From Trichoplax sp. H2 (taxonomy: Eukaryota): a stretch of DNA of 64,000 nucleotides. The notes below the pieces were generated by a model. That model was not told where the DNA came from and did not search any database. It saw only the letters and a list, made by a program, of their open reading frames with translations. The position numbers and the translations under genes are program-made. This document shows, in pieces, positions 1 through 13,349 of the stretch (its first letter is position 1; every line of letters starts with the position of its first letter). The stretch covers positions 1 to 64,000 of the forward strand of contig NOWV01000129.1 in NCBI GenBank assembly GCA_003344405.1, read 5' to 3'.

Positions 1-22
1 TTATTGGTCTATTGTTGGACAG

Positions 23-3000
23 TTGGATCAAATAACTATCAAACGCAAACCATTAAAAACACTAACGCACCTAAATGGGACGAATTTGTCGATGTAATCG
101 ATTCATTAATGATATCACTTTCTAATCTAGAATATTCTATACCACATCCATACATACCCGCATAAGAATTACTAAAATAATTTCATTATTTTATATTTCT
201 TTTTACTGTGTTTCAGTTCATCGTTCATATTCGATATGGACAGAGCCTTATCGTTAATGTGCAAGATCATGACACAGTGACAGAAGATGATTTCCTTGGA
301 ACGTAAGTCCCTTCCCTTTGAATTGATTCAGTCTGTCGTAGAAAGACTCCATGGTGACATCTTTACCAGTTTAGCCTTACTTACTGCAGATTGTCCCCAT
401 TATTTACCATTTACTATCATGCCGGTTCAAAGATTACTCCTCTACATTAAGATACCAGAGGAGTGTTCTACCATGATCCATGATTATACATCCGTAGACT
501 TTATTTTATGGCTACTGTCATGACTATACTGTAAAATGAATTTAGGACTAAAGCTAGAAATGCAGTCAACATGACGGAGACGCAAAGAATAGTATCAACC
601 TCTGATGGGTAGGAAAGAGGGAAAGAACACGGACTTTTCAACAGTAGTCCTTCTTCTCCCATGTCCTACTTGCTGCATAATGATGATATTGGTAGTATTA
701 TGCCTTAAATCACCAAAATTATAGAGATAGATTCACGATGAAGGAAGGAGTTTATTAACGGGCTAATTACTGATCGTTACTCCGGCAGTTAGCGGCACAG
801 AATGAATACGTAATAATAGGGATAAGGCTTAGTTATGCCAGGGGCTTCTGTACTAAAAATTCTCCCTCAAAAAGCCGTAACTAAAAAAATTTCCCTTCTA
901 CTCAAACTACAACGAAGAATTCTCCCTCAAAGGCCGCAGCTAATTTTCAGTCACGGCTTTCGAGAAAGAATTCTTCGTTGAGTAGTTTCTGCCTCCATAC
1001 GGACGTAATAGAAAGGCTTTCGATGCAGTTGTCTGTGATTGGCTATCATGCTCAGTACAAGATAGTTACAAACGTACTACGACACTCGATCTCCCTCAAG
1101 TCACTCAACCGATTCTTTTTTATATTCACTGGCCTCTTTGAAATAGTTTTAGCACTATTTCTCCTCCACCACCTTCCAGGTTATACTTGCTGCATTGATG
1201 ATACTTGTCCGCTAAAATCATTGAGCAAATTTTTATTTTATTCCCTCTCTTTAAAATACTACTAGCATTGTAAGGAAGTAACTTTAGTAGCACTAATATT
1301 AATTTCAAGAGGTCAACATTTTGTTGAGAAATTCCTGAAAAGAGGACGATGTGATCAGACGTGACATACTGATTTCGAATGACAGCAGTCGGGTGACCGG
1401 TGTCGGCTGACTTTTACGGTTGAATAGGTCGGGTCATCCATGACGGCTGATCCATATAATAATGACTGTTCAGTTCTGACCCTTCAGATTTCAACTTGGA
1501 TAGTCATTGTTGCCATGGAGCAGCAATTCATAGAATAAGTAAAAATGGAGTCCTGTACAGCGTGTTTAACTTCGTTTTAGAATTTCGAGGTAAAAAATCG
1601 ACTTCCTTTATTGCAATTAAAATGACTTAATATTATATGTGCTGGTAGATGAAGGTTCAGTAAATATTACTATACCAATAATTCATATTAGCTACATGCT
1701 GGTATAAAATCTATAACGTTTTGATATTGATAGTAGCATTTAAATAAAATTCTTATAATCTAAAGCGAATGTAAAAACGCTGTAGAAAGTCAATCAATCA
1801 TTCAGTAAGACGACATCGATGGAAAATGGAATGAAAGAATCATTTCATCATAAATTCAATACTCAGAATAAAACATGCTGGCCAATGTTGTATCATGATT
1901 CATAATGTCAAACTATTCTATCTTCACCTAGAGTCAAGTTAGATGTCAACTTTCTTGCTCAAAAGAAACGAACAAATACAGTGAGTCATTGCAAAGAAAT
2001 TACTGTCATCGTAGGCTATCACGGATAGTTTACGAACCTTTTTACTGTATAATCTGCAAATTTGAGCTCAAAATGGATGACATTTCATTTCCATCTATTT
2101 TGCGATTTATTTTTAATAGTGGTTTCCATTGAAAAATGTCGATAAAGGAGAAGTTCGACTGGATATAGTATGGCTTTCTATTTCTGATAGTGTCGAAGAT
2201 TTACAGCTGGAAGCTGGCGTAAGTCGATTAATCTAGAAATCGTTCAACTGCTACAGTAACTAGAGTAAAAAGTTGAAGTTACAAGTCGATTAGTCCTAGA
2301 ATCTCTAGTGTACGAGTATTGACGCGTATTGTGGAATAATTAACACGTAGTGCTACCGCCATGTTAAGATGTAGCACTGTAGCTTAGCTGATTACGGTGT
2401 TATATATAGATTAAAACCCATACATGATAGGGATATCTGTCAAAAAGCATATAAAAAAGTGTGGAATCGAATAGCGATGTATTGAAACTTTCCGTTATTA
2501 TCATCTTGAAATATAATAACAGGACTGCAAGGAACCCAAGCAACAATTTCCTCATGCTCTTTTATTGACCAACGTTTTAAACGGCAAATTAGTTACAGTA
2601 AGTCAACAATTGTAAAACTAGTTGATGATTTCATTCGAGAGACTACCTGTGCATCATTCCTATCACTTTAGGAACGTCGAACCTACTGTAAAGTTACCGT
2701 TGGCAACAGTACATTTACTAGCAAGGTAAGATAACTAAAGTTAACTAAGGCAGTATCACGCATTATACTCTATGTTTATAATTTTAATTTACTGCTTAAG
2801 TTAAAACACTTTGATAAACAAGTTCCTTTTATTGAAAATTTTTAAAACAGTCTTATTATTTTTCTATCTATGTCTATTTGCAGCCTACAAAACGAAAAAC
2901 CAAAGTACCAAGATGGGATGTTCAATATAAATTTCTTATTACCAATCCACAGAAAGAAGAAGCAATCTTCGAGGTCTGTTACGTTATAATAGCGCCATTA

Positions 3001-5074
3001 GCTACAAATAAGCTACACGTATACAGTAAATTGGCAGTTAGCGCTAGTAATGACTTACAGACATTATACAGCACTGTATATGCGGTAATTAATTACTGCA
3101 TCATGGTGGAAATAAGCTATTTGTAAAATTTCTTTTTTACCGCCAGATGTTTGAATTTGATTCTAACAATGCTTTGGGAAAAGTTATCGTGCCTCTTTCG
3201 GAGCTATTAAAGGATGATGACAAAATGACTTTAGATTCAACCTTCCCATTGCAAGGTGGTGAATCAGATAAAGATGATAGTCTACACCTGGAAATAATCT
3301 TACGAGTAGGTGTCTAGTCTAAAAATGATTATTATCAACCTAAATTTTTACATGATCTAATGAAATGTCTCAAAATGAACATAGCAAGGACTTTGATTTT
3401 TTTGTTGATTTCATTTCATTACGTAATTTGTTTATTTACTGGGAATTATCTGTATCTATCTCCGTTTATTGACTATTAGACACTTGCACTCTCTTATAAT
3501 TAATCTAGCTTTCAAGCATGATCTATTTTGGAACTGCAGTACACATCATTACAGTAAATACCAGTCGTAATCGTACAACTAGCCGTATATTTGTAAATAA
3601 ATTCCATTATGAGTTCTCGCTATAAATCTCAGTATACAAGTTATAACAGTACATTTTTGGAGTTTAAAAAATAAATTAGTCTAATAAATGCAAGCTATTG
3701 CACAGTATATACACATCTCAAGTTATTCTGTAGACAATTCTTCCCAAAATCTTAGAATGACTTTACCAGATATCACTGCTTAAGCTCGATTAAAAGCGAA
3801 AAGGTGCACGATACAGTAGATTTCCACCGATTTTAACGGTATGCTAGTTCGTCAGTACTACCTTATCATACGAGTATATGGCAATCTAAAACTACATAAA
3901 ATTACTAACACTATTGTAATATACGTATTTAGCTATACCAAAGACTTGAATTATTTTATCTATATCGCTGTAACACTGAACTGCATTACAATACTGTACT
4001 TGTGCTAGTCAAAAATTCAAACTAATTTTGTTATCAATTAGGTTCTATACTACGAAGGCGAGGATCTTTCTAGTGATGAAGAATTGCCATCTGATTCAGA
4101 AAATGATCATGCCGGGGATTTAGCTAAACCCGATGGTTCAGATATTGCACCAAGAGGGAGCGTTCAACTTACTATACAAGAAAGTAGTTCCAATTCGAGT
4201 TTACTAGTTTTAGTACATTCTGCTTCGTAAGTAATGAAAAATTTACTTAGAATCTTATATTAACTGATACGTAAATAGCAGAACTAATATTCGAAGTAGA
4301 ATGATGAAATTACCAACTTCAATTGATACAGTGTAACCTTGAGCATTTCGTATATCGTTATGATTTCCAGAAATCTACCAGCTATGAATCAAAGTGGTAG
4401 TATCGACAGTTACGTCAGAGCTTATTTATTACCAGATCGCGGTAAAGACGATAGAAAGCGCACTTCGACAGTCAATAGTGACCAAAATCCAGCTTTTGGA
4501 GAAACGTAAGTATTTGCTAAACTTTTCATAAGAATCAAGCTTCTATCAAAATTTTATTCTTGTAAGTTGCATAAACATTCAACCTGCATTTTTATCAATT
4601 TAGATTCGAATTTCCTGTTACATACGAGGAAGCTAAATCTCGCACATTAGAAGTTGCCGTTAAATCTGTCACACCAAATAAAACTGTTGGGAGGGTAATT
4701 TAAAATGCTTCAATAAACATTCGAATCTTTTACGTAACTTGATGTACACTATAGTACTGCTAGTTTAAAATGGATTGATCCTGATACTTAATGCTGTAAA
4801 TATCTATAATATATGCCTAAGATACTGAATTCTGTCATAATGCATTTACTACAGGTTCTTATTAATCTTTCGACTGTTAACATTGCCGCTACAACTACAG
4901 CATGGTAAGTTTTATCTTTAAATAGCAATAGTAAATGAAATTAACTAGATATGATTCTGTAGCATCGTAGTATGCCATTAATACGTACCCAAAGTTGATC
5001 AAATCAACATCGGAATACGAAGGTTTAATCAATCAAATATGCTAACAAATAGGTACGCCTTAAGTCCGCCATGA
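23..5074 (+). CDS. Extended synaptotagmin-like multi-C2-domain protein, 3' part (5' end outside window)
   Basis: 13 in-frame GT-AG exons: 23-93, 217-302, 1932-1980, 2120-2218, 2523-2597, 2672-2725, 2884-2973, 3147-3305, 4042-4226, 4371-4505, 4604-4694, 4855-4904, 5053-5074 (TGA). The translation gives three C2-like units: ..YQTQTIKNTNAPKWDE-FIVH..VQDHDTVTEDDFLG..WFPLKNVDKGEVRLDIVW; ..YCKVTVG..TKVPRWDVQYKFLITNP..LGKVIVPLSELL; ..GSVQLTI..SASNLPAMNQSGSIDSYVRAYLLPD..KRTSTV..NPAFGETFEFPV..LEVAVKS..WYAL*. The layout and the YVRxYLLPD motif match ESYT C2A/B/C. The SMP domain is not in the window. Confidence 0.85.
858..988. repeat. Imperfect inverted repeat plus short direct repeat in ESYT-like intron (possible MITE remnant)
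   Basis: AAACTACAACGAAGAATTCTCCCTCAAAGGCCG (~904-936) pairs with CGGCTTTCGAGAAAGAATTCTTCGTTGAGTAGTTT (~955-988). AATTCTCCCTCAAA-GCCG also occurs at ~858. Confidence 0.6.
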
Positions 5075-5945
5075 TGACTGATACTGATACCGCTCTAAAG
5101 AACACTTACGGATTATTACTTAAAGGCAAAATGAAATGTAGCATTATCTAAATAGCAAACTAGACCTATGCCATCGTAGAAAATTGTTATACAAATTATC
5201 AACATTTGTCCTTAATTAATGCTACCTGATATTTACGCTTGACTAATTAGAGATAGGAATATTCAACATTAATTAAATATTAATAGCAAATTTATCAAAT
5301 AGATATGATAATTGAAGGATTACATTACTCTTAAAATAAGTTAAAGCTATAAATTAGATAGGGATTTATCGTAATTGGCTTATATATTGTAGCTATTACT
5401 ATGGTGGATGTTGTATCCATTTCCTTGTTTAGGATGTTTACTCTACTTCTAGGACTAATTCAATCATGACCGTACGTTAGCCTAATATTGAAATTTATCT
5501 TTCATTTATTGTCGTACTAGTAAAAGCGTTTAATTAGGAAAATAACCGGTGATACTTTGTCAACCCTTACTATCATTAAATCACGTATACCAATTTCATT
5601 TATTTTGGTATTCCATTTCCTTTAACGGTTATTCTCTCTTCTGCCTGTGATGTTATCAGATGTGCTAATCAATTTTATGCGTTACAAAATATCAATAAAT
5701 AATAATACAACAATGCATTTTTTTGTACATTTCTGTGATTCCCTTATGTTTTCAGTAAACACGTGTTATGAACCTGTTATGATCATTATCATGATTTTCC
5801 AAAAATTCTAACAAGTATTTCATACTGTCTGATGATTAAAAATTAATAGCGTAATATTTTTTAATGTGAATACAGATATTGACTGGGAATTAACATAGAT
5901 GATCCTACCAGTCAAAATTCCACGGACTAATTATACTTTTAAACT

Positions 5946-5995
5946 TGACGTCATTGTAATCTGCAATATGCTCGTTTAATTAAACTATATATAAG
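5946..5995 (+). promoter_or_regulatory. Candidate tetraspanin A core promoter: palindromic CRE plus TATA-like box
   Basis: TGACGTCA at 5946-5953 and TATATATAAG at 5986-5995, 115-160 bp upstream of the ATG at 6108. Motif match only. Confidence 0.4.
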
Positions 5996-6107
5996 ATGAT
6001 TGTTAGGCATTGATCAGCATAAGGACTAGCAATAGTTTCTATTCCAAATCTTTACTCGAAGTAGAATTTGCTAATCAGGCTGATCAAGAAGGAGAAAATT
6101 AGCCAAG

Positions 6108-9100
6108 ATGAATGGTTGCGGTTTTAAATTTATGAAACATTTATTGTTCATCTTTAATTTTATAGTATGGGTAAGTCCTGATTGATTTAGGTCTAATTCG
6201 AAATACTTTGCTTAAAATATGACCTTTAATTCGGATTTTAACATCATAATATGCGGGGAAAAATTCCATCTCTAAAAGCACGGGCGTTTCTATCGCTAAC
6301 GAATTGATTAATTTTATTTTACTTGTTATAAATACTTTCCAAGAATTAGTCGGTAACAGTTGGCAAAGATATTATAGTATTAGCACTGAAAGTGGCCAAA
6401 ATTTTTTTCGAATATAATTTTGTATCTTTTATATGGAATCGGCTAAAATTCGCTCTGACCACACCAAGATCGTGCTCATTCATGTTATTAGTCATTGTAT
6501 TCAAAAGTTTTAGCTTTGTAAGCATTTTTCCTAAGTTAATATACGAATTGCTACAGGAAGCTAAAAGATCTAAAAAACTTAAACTAAGTGTAAAATAACC
6601 CCTATTTTTCGCTTGATTTATGTACATTTAATTTGATTCGATTATTTGAATATACAGTGCTTTGACATCGCTATTATACAAGATCTTACAGCTGCTATCT
6701 AATTGCTATCTGATTGTTCCATTTAGGCATTTTACTTGTAGCTATTCCTCTCAATAATGCCTTTTTGCCTATAACAATCATAGTTTTTGAGGGTTACTGT
6801 AAAAGTGAGACTTCATCTGCGGCAGTTAGACATCGTTAGATTAATGTATTGTGCTATATCTATATCACTCGTTGAAAAACAGAGTGTTGAATATTAGACT
6901 GTATTGAGATATTTTTGTTGCAATTGCCAACTTATATGCGAAAAATAGTATCCAGTATTGCTATAAAATTTGCTTGTGATATAAGTTTATAATTAATAGG
7001 CAATAGAACTTTTTCGTTAGAGATTGATTAGATTAGAAAAATCGCCTATACGGGTCCCTGTATAGTAATACCATTGCTTACTGCTATAGTATTCTACTAA
7101 TATTAATATTCCAGAGCAGGTGATCATGGTCCAGCACTAGCACTATTAAACAGATGTTTTTAATGATGACAAAAGAAATTATAATTTTATTATTTAAAGT
7201 TAACTAACGACACTGTCAGTCCAGTTAATAGCTAAGACCACATTGTAAGAACAGAAGTTGATTGAAACGGCAATCAATCCTGCAATTGTGTAATTTTAAG
7301 TGAGATTACTTAGTAATTAATTATATGTAATAACCAGTGAACCTATTTATGACTTCGAAGTAATCCTGAGTGTCTAATATTTGCTACGAAAACTCGACCT
7401 CATATTTTTCAGGTTATACCATACACGTACACCACATATGCACAAGTTTTTATCCCATAATTTCTTGAAGAACATATAAATCGTTAGCATTTTATCTCGT
7501 ACAGGATATACACGCTAATAAGTACTGATTTTATGTTAAATTGCAACCGGTGGCAAAAAGGATTGTTCTTGTAATTATATTTCTTCGTAAATTTAATTCC
7601 ATAAAATAAAGTTAGTGTAGCTAATATATGCTCAAATCAATCTTTGAGACAATTTGGAAGCTCTTAATTCAGAGGTCACGCATTCGATCCTCCTAATACT
7701 ACTGTCCTTGTCAATCACATTGCATAAATAAATTCCGCTCAGGATATCGCTAAATTTCTGCTTTATACTGACATAAGTACGTTTAACATAGCAATATTAA
7801 ACCATAGAGTTATCAGTTTACGTGTCGATTTTTTTATTTTGTTTACAATATAAATTCCATTTTAGCATTTATAACATTTTATAAGTGCTGTAGACAGGTA
7901 CATATATCAGTGTCTAGATTAAAAATTAAAGTAAAGTATCTAATTGGTTCTAATAAAATTGTTTCCAATAGATATTCGGCGGTGCTATTCTTGGCTTAGC
8001 AATATGGCTAAGAGTAGATGGTAACTCATTGGGTGTCTTAGTTGATGAATCATGGTATGTTGCATCATATATCATGATGGGAGTTGGCGGTGTTATTTTC
8101 CTGATTGCTTTTATGGGCTGCTTTGGAGCCATTAGAGAATCTACATGTTTACTTGGAATGGTTAGTCTTAAAGTAGATTGTATCATCAATATGAACGCCC
8201 TGCAATTTGCTTCTTTTAAGGATCAATTTCTAGTTATGATTGATATTGCATCTATTATATCAACATTAATTATTTCTTTACATACAAAATCGTAATAGCT
8301 TCGAATATAATTTTAACTTTTAATGTACAGTATCTGGTAACGTTCTTCAATAAGCACTAAAAATGTCAATTATTTTTTAGTACTTCGCCTTCATGTTGGT
8401 TATTTTTATTGCTGAAATTGCTGGTGCAATTTACGCTGGTGTAAATCGTCTAAGGGTAATTCTAAGTATTCCTTAAAGTGATTTTAAGAAATATGTTGGT
8501 TTTTACTAGTAAAACATATAGCTCATTTTTCAGTTATTTGCCATAATTTAATTGCTGCAGTCCTTAGCATTTTATATAGCAAGAATTCAATTAGAATACT
8601 CTGTATTTCAGTTTTAAGCTTTTTCTAGTGACTAATGCATGTGCTGCAAGGATACAATTCGCAAATTTCACTTAATTATGACTTCTACTAAAATAATATT
8701 GGATAGGTCAAGGAGAATATACATATATATATATAGCAAAATGGGTTATCCCTCCAACAGTGTAGTGCTATGTTTTATTCTTAAATCTTGATTGCATTGA
8801 CTTTAATGCAAACAATACCGTCGTAGTGAGAAAGATTAATATTTTTAGCTAAGGATTTAACTTTAATAACAGCAATTTGCTTCATTCAATGTAAAAAGTT
8901 AATATTTGATTAAAGCTTGCTATAAGTAGATTGCAAAGACGAATACATTGATCATCATTTCAACTATAGTACGATTGATATAAAAAGATGTTATCATCGA
9001 TATTAGAATGTAGTTAAGTATAGATAGATGTAACTTTATAATTTATTAAATACTATCGCCAATGTTAATGATATCTAGATCGAAGCCGAAGTAAAAACTC

Positions 9101-10482
9101 GATTGACAGCTGATATTCAAGATAAATACAATCAACAAGGCTTTAATGCAATTACAAGGGCTGTGGATTATGTACAAACTTCCGTAAGTGAAGTCCTCAA
9201 AAATTCAGATATAGAAAAATTTTTAATTCATTTTTTTCCCTATCTTATCGATATTTTAAATTATTACAGTTACTACTGTTATATCAAATGCTACTATTTA
9301 TGTTCGATTAAGATTTTATTTGTTTCGCTATTATACAGTCAAGAATAATTGTATATTACTCATATTTGGCTAATGGATTTATATATGCGATACACTAATT
9401 TTAACTTACGTATAGTTGAAATGTTGTGGAGTAACCACACCAGATAACTGGAGAGACAGCAAATTTGCTGCATCGATAACTGCTGCAACTATCAATGGGC
9501 CGCCAGTACCAGACAGTTGCTGTATATCTTCTCAAAAAAATGATTGCGGTATTCAACCTCGACCAACACCACAAGCATACAATGAAACCATATATCAACA
9601 GGTAGATCGAAAGTGTATATATTGAATCAATATAATTAATGGACCTCTCTAATACCGGATAGCATCATAATTGTTGTATTCATTTTCTTCCTATTGGTAT
9701 CGCAATCGTCTTATTTTATGGATTAAGTAGACTATTTATTGTCGAATAAAGTAGAGTTTTTATATATAATTATTCAGTTAAAATAAGACCAATTAATGTC
9801 CATAAACTATTTAATAAATCTTACTGTTAAGAGAAATAGAATTTGAATTAGTTGGGATTACTACTGATATTAAAAATAGCACTTCAACGTTGTTTAGCTA
9901 GATTAATTGCTTAATGAATAAATTAACATCACATAATATCGTCAGAGGCTGAGTTCTACTTGAAGTAAATAAGTGGAACACGCAAGAAACATTTTTCATA
10001 AAATGCATGAACGAGTAGCATGGTAGTGCAAGACCAATACAACTGTAACGTATTTGCTGCAGTCAAACTTTTGGATTGCTTTTTATTGATGTAATTTCTT
10101 GATTTAAAATAGGGATGCTACCCACGAATAGAACAAATTATCGATCAAAGTTTAACAATTGCTATTATTATTTTGTCCTCTGTTGCCGTGATTGAGGTAA
10201 AAAAAAATACGATGCAAAGTTTTATATAGGGACGTTTGTTGCATCTACATGTACTTTACAAATGATTCAATACTATACTACTTTTACAATTTTGTACAAA
10301 AGTAATGTTTTGATTGAAAATTGTAGACTATCTCAAATGTTAAGAATGATTCATTCTTACTTGAGTCAAAGTTATCGAGGTACCTTGACTAAAATCGTTT
10401 GTATGCATTATTCTAGGTTCTTGGCATGACATTATCCATGGCGTTGCTAGTTGCAATTCGCCGCGGTCATGGAACAGTTTAA
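6108..10482 (+). CDS. Tetraspanin A (6-Cys EC2), ~255 aa
   Basis: Exons 6108-6170 (MNGCGFKFMKHLLFIFNFIVW), 7972-8160 (..GCFGAIRESTCLLGM), 8381-8455, 9079-9183, 9416-9601 (LKCCG..VPDSCC..DCG), 10113-10196 (GCY..), 10417-10482 (..RRGHGTV*). Six phase-0 GT-AG introns, four hydrophobic segments, CCG and PxSCC motifs. Confidence 0.95.
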
Positions 10483-11414
10483 GCAGTTACTTTTGAAAGG
10501 GATAATAAATCAGTCATTTACTTGCTATAGCTATTATTAGTATCAGTTCTATACAATTTCGCGCAAAGATGTTGTGCAAATACTTGTAGGTAATTTTAGG
10601 TATTACTTTCTCTACTCTAGCGTTTCGTGATATGCAATCGTCAACCTAATCAGTCTACTGAAGTTTAATAAAATTACAGAAATTACCTTGGTTAGAATTA
10701 TAAGAAATGCAATCAACGGTTGTGCATGCTGCAAAATGAATCATGTCATTGTTGATGTAGCTTAAATGAATGAAAGGGTTCCACCACAGCTGTGCAGTAG
10801 TGGATTGGCAATAATTCTTGTTTCATATACAACTGGTTAAAGTATGTATTTCCTGATTAAATGAATTTTCTGTTTCTTGAATTAGCGCTTTATTGTACTA
10901 GTTATGCCAGAAAAAAAATGGTGTAGGGATATTGCTGTCATTTGCAAAACTGTTCATCCATAATATTGAACATGGTAATGCGATATTTTATGTAGATTAT
11001 TGCGTATTTTTATTTAGTGCTAAAGAATAGAGATAAAAAACAAAAGGTATTGCCTTTTAACATTTCCTATCGATCGGAAAATAGATGATATCATTGGTAT
11101 TTGTAATAGGTGTAATATTGATCACTACCACATCCAGTACTATGTGATGATGTAGTGCAATATAATCCGATTCATGTTGGAATGACAGCGGTTTCTACTT
11201 GATCTTTGGGGGGGGGGGAAAGATACCGAGTAGACAAGGGAAATGGAGTGAAATGTTCCACACATTTGATACCTACTTTGATCGAAATCCATATTGGTTG
11301 CTGACAGTACAGTGTACAATTCAAGTCTTACAAGATAGGCAAATGACCAGTAGAAGAGTCGGCCTGTACCGACTGTACTGTACGACCATTCTCTTCTCAA
11401 TGCAAATTCATGCC

Positions 11415-12485
11415 TGACCGTCCTTCTCTCTTCCGTCCTACAGTCAGGTCTACCTACAGTCCAGGAGTCCTTCTTACAGTCCAACTGTATAGTACCAGTC
11501 CGTTAGTTCTGTTCCTCTAGGAGCATTTGAGTCTGACACTCTGACGCCAGTGACCGTCCCTCTCTCCTCCGTCCTACAGTCCAGGAGTCCTTCTTGCAGT
11601 CCAACTGTATAGTACCAGTCCGTTAGTACTGTTCCTCTAGGAGCATTTGAGTCTGACACCAGTGACCGTCCTTCACTCTTCCGTCCTACAGTCCAGGAGT
11701 CCTTCTTACAGTCCAGCTGTATAGTACCAGTCCGTTAGTACTGTTCCTCTAGGAGCATTTGAGTCTGACGCCAGTGACCGTCCTTCACTCTTCCGTCCTT
11801 CACTCTTCCGTCCTTCACTCTTCCGTCCTTCACTCTTCCGTCCTACAGTCCAGGAGTCCTTCTTACAGTCCAGCTGTACTGTATCGTACCAGTCCGTTAG
11901 TACTGTTCCTCTAGGAGCATTTGAGTCTGACGCCAGTGACCGTCCTTCTCTCTTCCGTCCTACAGTCCAAGAGTCCTTCTTACAGTCCAGCTGTATAGTA
12001 CCAGTCCGTTAGTTCTGTTCCTCTAGGAGCATTTGAGTCTGACGCCAGTGACCGTCCTTCACTCTTCCGTCCTACAGTCCAGGAGTCCTTCTTACAGTCC
12101 AGCTGTACTGTATAGTACCAGTCCGTTAGTACTGTTCCTCTAGGAGCATTTGAGTCTGACGCCAGTGACCGTCCTTCTCTCTTCCGTCCTACAGTCCAGG
12201 AGTCCTTCTTACAGTCCAGCTGTATAGTACCAGTCCGTTAGTACTGTTTTACTGTTCCTCTAGGAGCATTTGAGTCTGACGCCAGTGACCGTCCTTCTCT
12301 CTTCCGTCCTACAGTCCAGGAGTCCTTCTTACAGTCCAACTGTATAGTGGGAGCATTTGAGTCTGACGCCAGTGACCGTCCTTCTCTCCTCCGTCCTACA
12401 GTCCAAGAGTCCTTCTTGCAGTCCAGCTGTATAGTACCAGTTCGTTAGTACTGTTGCACTAGGAGCATTTGAGTCTGACGCCAGT
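11415..12485. repeat. Tandem array, ~9 copies of a 112-bp unit
   Basis: Unit CCAGTGACCGTCCTTCTCTCTTCCGTCCTACAGTCCAGGAGTCCTTCTTACAGTCCAGCTGTATAGTACCAGTCCGTTAGTACTGTTCCTCTAGGAGCATTTGAGTCTGACG starts at ~11415, 11547, 11659, 11771, 11933, 12045, 12162, 12282, 12369. Copies are near-identical with small slippage indels. Confidence 0.97.
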
Positions 12486-13349
12486 AATGGTGACAAATTG
12501 CGACAGACTCATTCATCGCTAATAAAGCGCTTTCAATCATGAAGGTAAAGAAAACATTTTTTTCCTTTATCCTTTATGCTTTCAATACAGTGGACAATAG
12601 TGGCTTGCTTATGCCATGGACTACCGGTTCTCTTGTGGTAGTCCACGCTTGCGTTTAGCGATACTTTGCAGTATTTTCGACCATGGCCGATGACAACGGT
12701 GACGTTATGATTACGTCAGATTGTTGGGTGGAACGCCTATTTGTCACCTGACAATGCAAGCGTAGATAACAGTACTGAATTGTTGTTTTTCCTCTACTGG
12801 ACAGACAGCCATTATATCACTCGGCAGGTTTTCTTTCTATTTTATCCTATGGACGTGACTGAAATGAATCCACTCTGCCATGCTGTCCGCAGTCTATTGT
12901 ACACAGTGCAGTACAATACTGCTGGACTGTGTAGTCAATCAAGTTTCTATACAGTACTAGAACGCATTAATGGAGCTTGATGGATAACTTAATTAACAGT
13001 AGAATCAAAGTGACACAAAGAAAAAGATTACGGTTTGAGCTCAAGGTGTCCCAAACTCAATACAGTACAGTATCAGCCGTGCTTTCTTATCCACACCCTA
13101 GACTACAGTACTAGCCTACAGTACATTACTGTAATGTACAGTGTACAGTACTGGAGGCTACAACACATGCAGTCCAACGACGTGCGTACAAGCATCAAAC
13201 GCAATAACCGGTCACACGCCCTTGCTACAGTCTCAAGCCATCGTCAAGGTACTCTAGTCGAGTCGTTGACAACGCTTGCTTGTCATTTTGAAGAATTGAG
13301 TTTGGACTGCAGTGAATTTTCTTCTTTGCAAGAATCAAGTTGATCCAAG

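Noticed and set aside
11415..12485. CRISPR-like array, or coding repeats (ORFs 11140-11484, 11474-11659)
   Set aside because: Whole units repeat with no unique spacers, there are no cas genes and the context is eukaryotic. Indels between units break the frames, so the ORFs are by-products of the repeat.
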